Below are positions 14,558 through 28,118 of a stretch of 64,000 bases of DNA, piece by piece (positions within the stretch are counted from its first letter, which is position 1; every line of letters begins with the position of its first letter). Position numbers and translations under genes: made by a program. A model generated the notes under the pieces. It saw only the letters and a list, made by a program, of their open reading frames with translations. It did no database searches and had not been told where the DNA came from. The DNA lies in assembly GCF_006345805.1 (NCBI RefSeq), contig NC_043001.1, positions 36,022,001 through 36,086,000 on the forward strand, given 5' to 3'. This stretch comes from Octopus sinensis (lineage: Eukaryota).

Positions 14558-14790
14558 GGCGGCGAGCTGGCAGAACCGTTTGCACACTGGATGAAATGCT
14601 TAGCGGTATTTTTCCCGTCACTACGTTCTGAGTTCAAAATCTGTCGAGGTAGACTTTGCCTTTCATCATTTCGGGGTCAATAAATTAAGTATCAGTGAAA
14701 CACTGAGGTCGACATATTCGACTAGTCCCCCGCCAAATAAAAAAATTTCAGGCCTTGTACCTTTAGTAGAAAGGACTATTATTACTACTA
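14558..14790 (+). mobile_element. SINE family 2, full length
   Basis: GGCGGCGAGCTGGCAGAA head, GAGTTCAAA B-box, central conserved block, ATT/ACT tail. Confidence 0.88.
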
Positions 14791-15256
14791 TTGGAGATTG
14801 TCTCAAAATCACAATATTCAATATTTGTTACTTTTTTTTTTTTTTATATCAAACTCTGGTGGGATCTGGAGGACATTTGGCTTCTATTTTAAATAGATTG
14901 AGCTAACGCATATAGGTTACTCTCTCATTAGTTCTCTTTTGTATTGCTACTGTTTTTTTTTTTACTCATACAACAGACTTGTTAGTTTCGAGATCAATTA
15001 TATCATTAACCGTTGCATCACTTAGACTACCCTCATCATCAAGATGCTAGTTACAATACCCATTGCATAAATGCGACACAGTTTGGAAAATTCTGTATAA
15101 ATCCTTACAGATTCCTCCGTTGATCAAAGCCTTGCTTTTTACAGTATTCTTTGTTCTTTGTCAAATCTAATTACTAATCAATAGTGGCTTACTTTGATCT
15201 CCTTTCTCACTGATTATTATGTTGCGCACTCTGTCTCTGTCTGTTTCTCTCACTCA

Positions 15257-15290
<34 letters not shown>

Positions 15291-16077
15291 AATCTTCTTT
15301 GATATTTTCTTTTCTCTGTCTGTTCCTGACTTACTCAATCTCATATATATATATATACATATATAAAATAAAAGCATTGTCGTGCATGCGAGTATAAACA
15401 AATTACATTTAGAAGACAAGTTCTACATTCCCAACGCTTCCTCGTTTTGTTGTTTCTTAAGATTGTCGTTGTTAGTTGACAAACAATTCTGTCGAAGAAT
15501 TCCAAAAATTAATTACAAAAATCTTTCTTCGGATCCAAAACGAAGCGACAAAAAAATATAACGTTCTAGATGAGAAGAGAAGAAAAGAACACCATTGATT
15601 TTGTAGAAAACAGATGGACAGGAAGGAAGTCATAGAAATAGGCAGACATATAAGGGGGGGAGTAGACAGACAAGTATAACCACACACACGCGCGCGCGCG
15701 CGCGTCTCCCTCCTCACATGTACCCTCCCACACACAAACAAATATATAGAACAAACAAATAAATAATGCACAGATAGAATAAGAGGCATACGGACAACAG
15801 GAAAGAGAAAAGAACGATTAGACTGAAAAAGTTATGCATTCATAGAAAAACACAAGAGGCAAACTGAAAGAATCTCAGATACGGAAAAAATGACCGACAA
15901 TCGTACGCAGACGCGCAGACGCACAGACACGGACTTGTACACATTGCCTCTCTCCTACTGTTTTTCTTTATATATATATATCTCTGTATCTCTCAATCTG
16001 TCTGTCTATCTGTTTATTTGTCTATCTGTCACTATGCTCCACATACACAATACACATCGTTAGACAGAGAGACAGAC

Positions 16078-16375
16078 AAATAGATAGATAGATAGAGAGA
16101 GAGAGAGAGACAGAGAGATAGACAGAGAGACAGATAGATAGAGAGAGAGATAGAGAGACAGACAGACAGACGGACAGACAGACAGAGACAGAGATAGATA
16201 GATAGACAGAGAGATAGATAGACAGATAGAGAGACAGAGAGAGACAGATAGATAGACAGAGAGACAGAGAGACAGAGAGACAGAGAGACAGGCAGACAGA
16301 CAGAGAGACAGGCAGACAGACAGAGAGACAGGCAGACAGACAGAGAGACAGACAGACAGACAGATAGATAGATAA
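16078..16375. repeat. Compound (GATA)/(GACA)/(GA) microsatellite
   Basis: Read directly from the sequence. Confidence 0.97.
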
Positions 16376-17151
16376 CCGATTGAAGCAGCAAACTAATAAT
16401 GAAGCTGGACGGAATGAGCAAGTAGAGAAGGCGCTTGGAAAAAAAAAGGAGATGGTAGATGGTTAAGGAAGGGAGAATTATGACAGACGGTTGGTGGTAG
16501 GGTGCAGATTGCAGAGGAGAAAGGAGTATAGAATGAGGGAGAAAGGAATTAAATAATACGATCTCATTCTCCTGGAATTATCCAATCAGAATAGCTTTGC
16601 TAATGAATGAGCAATTCGTTAAATAACATACCAGACGAAATATTTTCAGGGCAAAACTCGTGCGAGAATTTGGCATAATCATGATGACTACTTTGAGTTA
16701 ATTAATTTTCGCCACTATTCACATATTTCTCTATATTTTCCTAGATTCGTTTCTAAGCTTTGGTAGAAATACATCTCGAGCGGAGGGAATGCTTAGATAT
16801 AATTAACCCTCAATATATGACTGGTATTTATTTAACTTCTTAACCCGTGAATGTGGAAAACAAGAAAGAATTGACTCCAATGCATTTCAATTTTGATATC
16901 AAAGGCATAAATGGCTGCTATACTGAATTTAAGCAGAATACGTCCGTCACTATAACGTTGCACAATATCATTCCCCTTTCTCGGTGTATGTGTGTGTGTG
17001 TGTGTGTGTGGTGTGTGTGTGTGTGTGCGTGCGTTCGTTTAGGGTAACGACTCGAAGAAGAATTACTCAATATAAAGATAGAGCGAAGTAGTTTACGCCG
17101 TTTCAGACAAGTCTGAAAATGCGGTAGCATGCCATGGAAACAATGGAATGT

Positions 17152-17204
<53 letters not shown>

Positions 17205-17383
17205 TAATGCAGATATCCCTCTACTTTCCTTATTATGGAATAAATCTCAGAGAATATGTTTTCAAGTTACTTTGGAAGAAGATTGCAAGCAGTAAGCAAA
17301 CTCCAAAATTTTAAACCTTTCATAATTCTCTTTTGATTTTAGTTAATCCGCATTTGAGGAAATTAAAAAACTTATATATCCTA

Positions 17384-17780
17384 CTAGCAGTATCGCCCGG
17401 CGTTGCTCGGGTTTGTAAGGGAAATAACTATATAAGCATTTTTAGAGAGTTATAACCAAAAAATAGCAAAAAAATGCATTAAAAATGTAAAAAAAATTAT
17501 AGTAAATTTTTTTCTAAATCGTTGACTCATCGTAGACATTTTTAGAGAGTTACTTCCCTTATATAATAGCGAAAAATGTATTAAAATGGAAAAAAATTAT
17601 GGTAAATTTTTTTTTTAATCGTAGACTCATCGTAGACGCACGCTAATACCCAGAAGGGCTCGATATGAATCACGACTATAAGATACCCGCTTTTGGTTAC
17701 ACTGCACCGCAAAATGTGGGAGGAGTTAGGAATTTAAATCCTAGGAGACAGACACACAACTTCACTTTTATATATAAAGA
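17384..17780 (-). mobile_element. Non-autonomous Helitron (~397 bp)
   Basis: On the minus strand it starts a|TCTTTATATATAAAAG and ends CCCG-agcaacgc-CGGG hairpin + cgatactg CTAG|t, i.e. inserted in an AT dinucleotide without TSD. Internal 2 x 100-bp tandem repeat at 17437-17637. Confidence 0.85.
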
Positions 17781-19204
17781 TTTATGTAGAATTGCGTTCT
17801 AAATTTCACTAAGTTAGTAAACTAGTTTGTATATTGATGTTACTTTAACAACCGTTAAGGAATTTTAAGAATTGTTATATTAAATTATATTTATTCATAT
17901 GCTTAAAACATTCTTTCTACTTCTGAAATATTATGAATGTCTGAAATGATTCATTAATCAATCTACGCTTGAAAAATGAAATTCTCCAAAAGGAAAGAAA
18001 TGAGCAAATAGGAAACAAATATGAATAATAAAGAGAAGAAAATACAAAAATAATAATTACTTTAAATACGAAATACAAAATTAAGAAAGAAAGGATTGGG
18101 GGAGCAATTGAAAGAGAAAAAAACATGCAAAATACAAATTAAAAATAACAATATAGGGTATTTATTTGCATTCTTTATAGTATTTGAACTTGCAGCATTT
18201 TCTTCGAGACGAGAATTTTTCACTTCTACTACAATTGTCAAGAAGAAGCGTAAACTGTCGACTCCAGTTGAACATAAAATGTCCGTGAAGTGAGGAAATT
18301 TGATCATCAAAGTCGAGCAAGTGTGAAGCAACTATTTTTTTTTTTTTTGTTTCTGGAAAGTTCTATTTCATTATTATCATCATTAATATTATTATTATTA
18401 TTGCTTTTTCTTTATTAAAATTGACAAAACTTAAGAGGGGAAAAATAAACAGGAAAATTATTGGCGATTGAGTGGCAAGGGTGACATCTCTTTTATAAAA
18501 TTAGAATAAATATATGGAAAGGGGAAAGGGGAAAGAGTTATGAGTGGCGTCTTGATCTGAAGAGGGACTAGCTGTCTGGAGATATTTGGCTTGTTAAACA
18601 TTTGTTTATTTCTGGGTAAAGTTTTAGTTGACATGTTTAAAACAAACTGGTGAATAGGACAATAGGAACTGAAGAATGATTATCTAATATTTGCACATAT
18701 CAAATAAAGTTTTTAGAAAAGAAGGGCTCGTGGGACAATGTATTCTTCGGTATAAGGAAAGATAATACGATATGGTCGTGACATGGGTTAAACATCAACA
18801 TCGCGTAATTACATACGTTTAATAAGATATAGGCTAAGATAAGAGTAATTCAAGACAGTGATAGGAGACTGGTAGACTACTTTCTGCAGAAAGATCGAGG
18901 TCATGCAGTATTTACTTTACACCCATTTACTTCAGAGTTCAATTCCTGCTAAAGTTGACTTTGCCTTTTTTCCTTCCAGAGATAAAATAAGTACCACTAA
19001 TATACTGGTCCAAGTTAATTTGACTATAACCTCCCTCAAAATTTCTGGTTGTTTACCAATGCAAGAAATTACCAATATCTAATCTTTTACATAATGGGTA
19101 TATGTCGTAACTTCAACAACACTAGTAGTTGCCAAGATGGCGGTTGTAATGTAAAAAGTGTTGTAGGTGGTAACGATAACGTTAGGGTCGTGAGCGAGTT
19201 GAGG

Positions 19205-19330
19205 TGATTATTTATCGATAACGGTAGTGGTGAGAAAATAGTATTTCCACTGGTTTATATACTGTGGTAAGAACGATATCATTAATATCTAAGGAAATGG
19301 AATGAGTTAAGTTTGGTGTCAAGGTTCATA
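19205..19330 (-). pseudogene. Possible degenerate PLE reverse-transcriptase thumb remnant
   Basis: Minus-strand reading SLDINDIVLTTVYKPVEILFSHHY resembles the PLE motif FLD..I....TTVY.KPT....L.F.SHH. Weak match. Confidence 0.3.
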
Positions 19331-20811
19331 GGTGCGGATGCGGTTTCGGTGTTATGTTGGTTGGCGAGAGCGATGATTGTAGTAGTTTTTCTTACTAGAG
19401 AGGTTTTTATGGTGCGAGGTTTGGAGCCGTTTGGATAATGCCAAAATGAAGTATCTTTATATATATATAAAACAAACATTAATAATATTACTGTTAATAT
19501 CATAGATAAATTAATCATATTGATGTCGGTGCAGCATAAGTGATAAAATTGTGGGGATTGACAATACGTTTATAAAATCACAGTGTTGTGATGTTGGAGA
19601 AATTAAAATAATCAAACTCACATGTTTATTTCATGCGATCAATGCCCTACTATTATCAAATTATAAATTAATTGCTTCTCAATGTCACTGAATATTGTTT
19701 TTAAAACATTTATATGTTGTAAGCCAATTACTATTAGCTTAATGGTGAAAACTGCACTTCAACTGACGAAGGCCATTAGCCAGAAACGTGCAGAGTTCTT
19801 TCCCTTACAAACTCGGTCCATGTTAGCTATTCCTTAATGTCTTCTTTATAACTGTATTTAAACTTCGGTCATTTCTGATATTCAGAAAATATTGGAAAAT
19901 AAGAAAACATCATTTTGTATATTATTTATCTTCAATTGCGTATAAATATTTTTTGTTCAGATACAGCAGATGATGATGATGATGATGAGGAGGAGGAGGA
20001 GGAGGAGGAAGTGGTGTGCATAATTGTGATTGGACTGTGTGTATGTGAGGAGCGAAGAATTACTACCATGAACACACGAACACCCACGATTCGAGTGACT
20101 TTAGCGTTTCAAAACTTACATAAAATTCTTAACATTCTCATATTAAGTCCTCGGTGTATAATCCACAAATGAACGGTACTACCAAGAGCTCAAGGATCAG
20201 TAAAATCTATTCCGAGTTGTGATAACAGAGACATTGGAGGTGGCAAGAAGACAAAATAAGAATACGAGAGACGAATAAATATCCGCAATAATGAATCTTC
20301 AATTAACAGATCTAATATTTGCATTGCATCTCACTTTTTTTCTCCTATATATTATCAGTTCAAATAAATTTCCATTGATTGCCAGTGCAGGGACGTTGGT
20401 CAAAGCTAGTCTGAACCTAAATTATTTGTCCCTTAGTCTCTTGACAGTAGTTGGAGCAATCTTGACTTGGCTTTATCAAAACTAATACCTCTCGAAATAT
20501 GTCAGTGCCGTTAGAAGAACTATTCAGATTTGTGTATCCCTCACATTCTCTCTCACACACACTCACATTCAGTTGCATATATATATATATACATGAACGT
20601 ATGTATGTATAGTCTCTGGCGAGTTGATGGCTATATCTATTTAGATGAGTTTACACATTATAATTGTGTATATGTGAGTAGTGAATGATTAGGAGCAGTC
20701 TCCATTATCAATGCTGATAGAAATATTTGGTGAGTTCGAATGATACAAATAGAGAAAAAGATACGGTTGTTATTTAGTCCCAGGTCAGATATCATTCAGC
20801 AGACAAATATA

Positions 20812-20967
20812 ATCTTTTCTACTCTTGGCACAAGGATCGAAATTTGGGGGGGAGGAGCCAGTCGATTAGATCGACCCCAGTACGCAACTGGCACTTAATT
20901 TATCGACCCAGAAAGGATGAAAGGCGAAGTCGACCTCGGCGGAATTTGAACTCAGAACGCGCAGACA
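20812..20967 (-). mobile_element. SINE family 2, head interrupted by the Penelope fragment
   Basis: Reverse-complement match to the family; stops at 20967, where the PLE end begins. Confidence 0.85.
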
Positions 20968-21569
20968 TATATAACGAAAGAGGTGTCAGCCGAGACTAAT
21001 CCCGGCCTCTCCTAGATATTGCATATCTAGGACTATATCGGTTTGTCTACTGTGTCCATCTCCGTTGAAGAAAGTAGTATGTAATATGATGGAGATATGG
21101 CTGAGTTTCTAACAGGTCCAGCGTACACGTAGAGAGCCATTCGTTGCATCTAATATATAGTAAGACAGGTTGTTGTAATTTTTCAATATAGTATATGCCT
21201 CCCTTATGCATAAAGCGCATCTAGTGGACCCAATTTTATAAGGGGAGGCATGCGCAAGGATAGCCCATGATATTTTAAATTCAACATTCCTTTCCTTAAG
21301 GTCATTAACATGTAATGCCAATGTTGTAGAGGTCCTATATTTAGAATTGTTGAAATATCTCAGGTGGTATCGATACCTCTGCTTAAAGTCTACTGTGCTT
21401 CCAATATATATTTTTCTCTGGCCTCCTTGAGCCTCAACTCTACATCTATAAACTACATTTCCCTGGCGACAATTTCCGCTAATAGGACATTCTGATGGGT
21501 CTCTACAATTACATTTCTTCAACCTGCTACGGGTCCCCGTATTATTGATCACTCCGAAACGATGGTAAA
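20968..21569 (-). mobile_element. 5'-truncated Penelope-like retroelement with GIY-YIG endonuclease domain (ORF 21109-21552)
   Basis: The peptide contains CNCR..CP..G.C, VVYRCRV, IYIGST, FKQRY.YH, W.IL..A.PY and C.LC..E, the GIY-YIG pattern typical of invertebrate PLEs. The RT domain is absent; both ends abut TA repeats. Confidence 0.9.
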
Positions 21570-21578
21570 CTGAATAAT

Positions 21579-21660
<82 letters not shown>

Positions 21661-22970
21661 ATATTTGTTATTATTCAGCTGAACGGCGTCGTTTACAATA
21701 ACCTGTTTTCTACACCGCATACCTTTTTCTAGTAAAACGTTTTTAATAGAGAATTGCTCAATTCTAAATTCTTTTTTCTTACTTTTTTTATGCGGGCTTT
21801 TTGTTGTTGTTCTTACGGATTATTAGTAAAGTCAATTAATTCATTCTTTAGCTCAAGAGCAGGACTAAATAGCTAGAATTTATTCTATTAATTTAGAGAT
21901 TGTTTTATATGATGCCTAATTATGAATGATTGATCTTTAACTACGACATAAACCACAATACATAACATAATTGAATGATGGGCCAACTGAACAGGTGCAC
22001 ATGCACTCACGTACGCAAAGGTGCCGACTTGCGCAAAAAAAGGACACGCACACATACACACACACACACACGTATACACAAGCATTAGAAGAAGTTCTTC
22101 CGACTTCACTGCTAACCTTTTCCTCCTCAGCTTTATAATAATTGCAATAAAAGCGTTGTCAAATATACAATACAATGTGGTTAGATGGAAAATTTCCGGC
22201 AGTGTGTCAACAATTTTCCCTCCGACACCTTACCCTTTAGTGACGCGTTTAAAAGTCACGTGAGCAACACTTAACGTCAACTTTTTGTTTGCCTTTGTAA
22301 AATAGATGGTCTTTAAGTCCTGAGTCGATCTTATGCTCTTTGAAAAGATAAGCTATGTGCCAATCTTAGCTAATACAAGAAGTGCATTAAGGAGACCGTC
22401 AGATCTTCAAATTGCATAAGAAAGAAAAGTGAAGGTAGGCTGAAGTAATGTATGATCCGTAACGTTTCCAGAAACAATAAACATGCAGATTGCACAAAAA
22501 CAAGCAGAAAAACATGCTATCATAGACAGGAAGAGTTAGTGGGAAAATGAAAGTAAATGAAAGTTGGAGAGTGACAGAACAGAGTGTATGCAAGAACAAT
22601 TTACAAAAGAGAAAATGGCTGATGATGCTATTAATGTAGGTTGTAAAAAGTAAGTGGCGATGGTGATGACGATTAATAGACAACAATGTGGTTGACAATC
22701 GGATTTAAAAGCGGTTTGAGTATGAAGTGTAAGAAAGAGTTAACAGATATTAAAGATAGTCTTTAAAAAAATAAATCCCCTGTAAGGTTGAGTGGAATGA
22801 ATGTATTTGCTGTTCATGCCTTTCTCAAAGGCACAACTGAGACAGAGGAAAAGAGAAATGACAGCAGCTGGAAATCGAGTAAATATGCAGACTCGGCTTT
22901 CCAGATATTTCCACCTCCACAAATTCCATGATTTTGGCAAAAATTTTTGGCTTTTTGGATTCATTAGGAT

Positions 22971-23247
22971 TTACTCTCTCTTTTACTCTTTCACTTGTTT
23001 CAGTCATTTGACCGCGGCCATGCTGGAGCACCGCTTTTAGTCGAGCAAATCGACCCCAAGACTTGTTCTTTGTAAGCCTACTTCTTATTCTATCGGTCCC
23101 TTTTTCCGAACCGCTAAATTACGGGGACCTAAACACACTAGCATCGGCTGTCAAGCGATGTTGGGGGGGACAAACACAGACACACAAACACACATATATA
23201 TATACATATACATATATACGACGGGCTTCTTTTAGTTTGTCCGTCTA
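22971..23247 (-). mobile_element. SINE family 1, head-truncated
   Basis: Reverse complement of the 3' two-thirds of the family consensus. Confidence 0.88.
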
Positions 23248-24566
23248 TGTTGTAAGTTCAAATTTAATTGATAATGACACTGCTTTTCTTCCGTCAGTGG
23301 CCTATAAAATACGTATTAGCTATACACTGAGGACCATCTAATCAACTATAACCCTCACCTAGATATTTGTAGAGTTGTGCCAATGCAAAAGTCAATAATA
23401 TACAGTGTGTCTAATGAAGACTAGAAGCAAGCAGAGAAACGTTATTCAATTTGTATACAATGAAAAACGTAAATTGAATAGTACTGAGTCGAAGAAAGAA
23501 ATTTTTCCAAAACTTGTTTTGTAAACAAGTATCACGTACACACGCACGTAGCCACGTGTGGGCTGAAAAGAAGTTGAATAGATATTCACTAAAAGGATAG
23601 ACAGGAGAACAGACATAAAAAAAAAAACAAAAAGAAAACATTAATTCTCGGAACAAAGTTGCTCATAAATAGCTCTTCTGCACACCTAGTCATATGCACA
23701 AACATACACACTTATATGTATGTGTAGATATGTATGTAGGAAGACAGCAAATGATTTCATAAAAATTAATGCATTCATTACTTTATTTAGTCTCGTCGAA
23801 AGGATGTTTGAGGAAGTGAGATTTAAACAGAGAACATTAGATTATCGAGAAAATTCATCATTTCTGATATAGATGATTTGTTTTCCGTAACATACAAGAT
23901 CGATAAATTAAGTACCAAACACAATTCTAGTCGATATAATCGAATAAGATTCAGTAAACGATACATCTTGGCAGTGGGGTCGAGGAAACTGCGACCTCAA
24001 CATCCCAGAGTATGGCTATTGTTGACGTTCTACTATTGTGGTCGTTGCTGTTGATTGAATAGATCTGTAATCAAATACATTCCAGCTATGCCCATCCCGT
24101 CTTTTTTGTCTGGACCTACATTCTCTAGTGTCCCTCTTTTACTATTTTAAAGACGATGGGGAGCTATTTGTGAGAGATTTATAGATATACGTAGTAAGTT
24201 TTAAGAGACGAATTAGAATCTCCTTCGATAGTTGTATGGCAATTGATAAAATCATAACAATACGTATTTTGATTCTCCGATTGTTGATCTCAAGATGGAT
24301 TGATGGTTATAGAAAGAGCTCTGTTAAGCCTAGGATTCAGGCTACTGATCACCTAAGCTTTTAATTCAATTAGTCAATAAACATAATGTAGCCCACATAC
24401 GGGCAACATGCAGCTTGCCAGCAAGAAGACCATCATACCAAACACAGTGGACAGACTGTTGTAGCTCATCGCTTCTGTGAGCACGGATTAATAACCTACG
24501 TATGCTGAGAAAATGTACTAAAATTTGGATTAACAATATGCGTGACGAATGGATTTCTGCATAAAC

Positions 24567-24612
<46 letters not shown>

Positions 24613-25972
24613 GTACCATATTATATGCACCGCTACACATTATGTATGTATAATGTATACATAGTTCTGCATATCTAAATACAAGTACACAGATACACGG
24701 ATACGTGTCTGGTAGATTAATATAATTTGCGTGAGGGCGTGCGTGCGTGCGTGTGTGTGTGGTTGAGCTTATGCTTGTCGCATGAAAAGTATGGTGTATT
24801 TTTCATCAAGTTAATTACCGAAGAGAAAACCCGAATAATTCATTTGAACTCCGTCCGTTCTTTTACATAATGTCGCACACTTACAACTCAATCTTTGCCC
24901 TAGTTTTCTTCTCGCTCGTTTTCCCACGTCACCACCCAACACTCATAACCCTAATCTAAGCTACTTAAACAGCAGCTTCCACTACTTCAATCAAAAGCGG
25001 CATTCCTACCAAAACTACCGCCACCACTATCCTTACTAATCCACCACTACTCACTTGTTTTGTACCATTGCCTCATGTGATTGCAATTAAGAGACCAACG
25101 AAGAAAAAAAAAAAAAAGACTTATTAGATACTTAAAATGTTACGTTATCAAATTAACGAAAACTCCCAAATGTTGCAGCATTTTAAAGGCAAGACTGTCG
25201 CTGGATAGAGTTTCAACTTGTGTAACCGAGAACCATGCGGTATAGCGAGTTTTTAATACTTTCCAACGATATCTCACAAAAAGCAAAAAGGGTAGGGATC
25301 CAAATGGTTTCTATACTTAAATATTTTAGAGGAAGTTGGAATTATTTGCTGGTTCGTTTGGCTTTTTATAGTTGGTGTAGTTATTAATGCTTGATGTTTT
25401 AGCAGATTTATTTTTCTTATTTATATATATATATAGTTTATTTTTTTATTTAAATGTTTATTTTGTTTACCTTTTTTTAACACATTAAGTCAAGCGCTCA
25501 GGAAACGCCAAACAGAGATGCAAAAGGAGGGGAAGATTACGAGGGGGCAGGAAAGAAGGAAGGTGAAAGTGAAACACAAAGAAAGCTGAAGGTATCTGGC
25601 GGAGTAGTGAATATATACATATAAAAGTTACAATATGGAGGCTATATATATCGTCACAGAAGATTGCCAAAAGTATTGAGATAATCAGTCAGTAAAATAA
25701 GGAAAGTAGATTTGTTATTGTTATTTTTAATATGTTTCATTTTTTATATTTATCTTGTTGATGGGATGATTGTTATTTTTGCTATTGATATTGATATTGT
25801 TGTTCTTAACGCTGCGACTATATATGAATTGCCGATATTGCGTTAGTTGTTGCTACTGACTCAAATGCATTCTCGCCATTGTTCTCGGTTTTTATCTATT
25901 GTTATTTTTAGTACAGCTTAACTTCAATATAACATTTATTGTTGTTATCGTTTCACTTATTGCTACTCTTCA

Positions 25973-26000
25973 TATATATATATATAAGTCAAATTGCGAT

Positions 26001-26037
<37 letters not shown>

Positions 26038-26300
26038 TTATATATGTATATATATATGTATATATATGTATATATATATATGTATATATATATATGTATA
26101 TGTATATATATATATGTATATGTAGATATATATGTATATGTATATATATATGTATATATATGTATATATATGTATATATATATATGTACATATATATATG
26201 TACATATATATATATGTACATATATATATATACATATATATATATGTATATATATATAGATATATATGTTCATATATATATATGTATATATATATATATA

Positions 26301-26349
<49 letters not shown>

Positions 26350-26359
26350 CATATATATA

Positions 26360-26391
<32 letters not shown>

Positions 26392-26500
26392 AAGATAAAT
26401 AGATAGATAGATATATAAACACACAAACATAAACACACATTCACATATAAACAAGTTTAAACAGACACACACATGCACATATATATATATATATATATAT
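25973..26500. repeat. Degenerate (TA)n field (similar fields at 13565-13660, 39468-39720, 41110-41207, 46830-47405, 51385-51500, 55930-56170, 58245-58340)
   Basis: Read directly from the sequence. Confidence 0.97.
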
Positions 26501-28118
26501 ATGTATTTGCTTGCACTGTAATTATTATTATTGCTATTTTCACTTTCCCTTCTTTAGCTGTTAGGAAGTATATCGTTTGATGTTGTTCAACTAGTACTAC
26601 TAATATAATAGTTATAGCTTGTTACACTAGTTGTTCCTGTTATTAATTTTTTTTCTGCTAGTGCTTCCCTGATGTTATGATATATAGTTCATCCTGATCA
26701 TCTCTGCCTTTTATTTTAAGTTCCCTTGTAATAACATCACATCTGGAGGTCATTGTCAGCTATGGGGGGCGTGAGGAGGAGTTAAAACGAAAACTGCGTG
26801 ATCCGATCATATACGTACTTGAAATGTTAAACAGACTCGCGGCTGAATTCTAGCTATCCGCTAAACTGGTTTTCGAGGCTAAATCTCTTAAAAAGCAGAA
26901 ACTCGATCCGAATCCCTTTCTAAAGATATTCCAAATGCGCTAAGTCTTAAGGATTTCGTTCTTTTCTAGGCTCTTTGCTTCATTCCCGAGGTCTCACGGG
27001 AGTATGAATTCGGTATTTAACTGATAGTTGTTTGTTATTCTCTTAGATTGATAGCTTTAATACTTTCACATTATATCTAAATATATGTAAACACACATGG
27101 ATGTAGGCACGAAAGTACAAACACTCACTCAGACACATACATATACACACGTGCATATGTACATATATGTGTGTATGTCCATGTTCGTGAGTATATTATG
27201 CATACACACATGTACATACACGCATACATACCAATGATTGCATGTATATATACAGACTTGTCTCATAACTTTGTCTTCCGATATGAATGGAACCTGAATA
27301 TATCAAAAAGATATTCTGCTGTTCGCTGGTATTTTCATAGCGAAAAGCAAAATATCTTTTTGATACATCCAACATTTCATTAAATGAAATAAAATAAAAA
27401 ATCAAACTTCACTGCTTCCATGGTAGAATATCTATCTACATTTAGCTTAAATCTAGAGTGTAAATATAGTTTTCAAATCACCCAATCGAAATCTGTTCAA
27501 CAAAAATATAGTTAACTCTTCATCTAGCAAAATCCGATTCTGAAACTTGGCATATTTTCCGAGCAACAATGAATATTGCTTGCGTTTAGATTTTACTTCA
27601 TCTTAACGGTTTATAACTTTAGTATTTATACTTGAGCCGTTGCACAGGAGTGGAGAAACATTAAAATGAAATATAAAGAAATTGCCCACAATTGTTCGAA
27701 GTTGCGCTTTCTTCAAAAACACTTTCCTACATGTATCTCTGCGCCACAAGTTCTCCCACAAATATGCTCTCTAGGTCCTCCATCTTAGAACTAATGTTTT
27801 GCATTCTCCCATGTCATATTATTTCTATTCCGCTTTCAGTATCGCAGACAAAATTTGAATGCAAAATTTTTTGCGACATCTTTTTTCAGTTTTTAGGGAA
27901 ATGTTTAAGGAACATGAGGTAGAGTGTAACAGCAAAAGTCGCTACTGTTTGACGTTTTCTGGTTAGTGTTGGATAGATACACAAATAGACTATATAAATT
28001 CAAAAGGAACCTGGGTTTAATACAGTTTGACAATGGCTAGCAGGACGAAACGTCAAAAGTATGTTTGTAAAATTATGATATATATGGCCTCTTCTAAAAA
28101 GTATTGAGTGATACATCA

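Noticed and set aside
14239-16855. LTR retrotransposon
   Set aside because: The direct repeats lack TG/CA ends, PBS/PPT and TSD, and the interior has no gag/pol.
19133-19146. YY1-like CAAGATGGCGG (and AACATGGCG plus CACGTG near 43735-43797) as promoters
   Set aside because: These are isolated short motifs with no CpG-rich context or linked first exon.
23791-23815. Exon-like LVERMFEE (also 4124-4127, 8646-8664, 9771-9792, 31123-31164, 38660-38711)
   Set aside because: Each has plausible splice signals, but the phases do not fit the chain without extra unseen exons, or one site is missing. They are kept as a reminder that chance exon-like hits are common here.
27690-27920. RTE-like remnant on the minus strand
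   Set aside because: Only scattered residues (KDV.K, TWE) across several frames; too weak to call.
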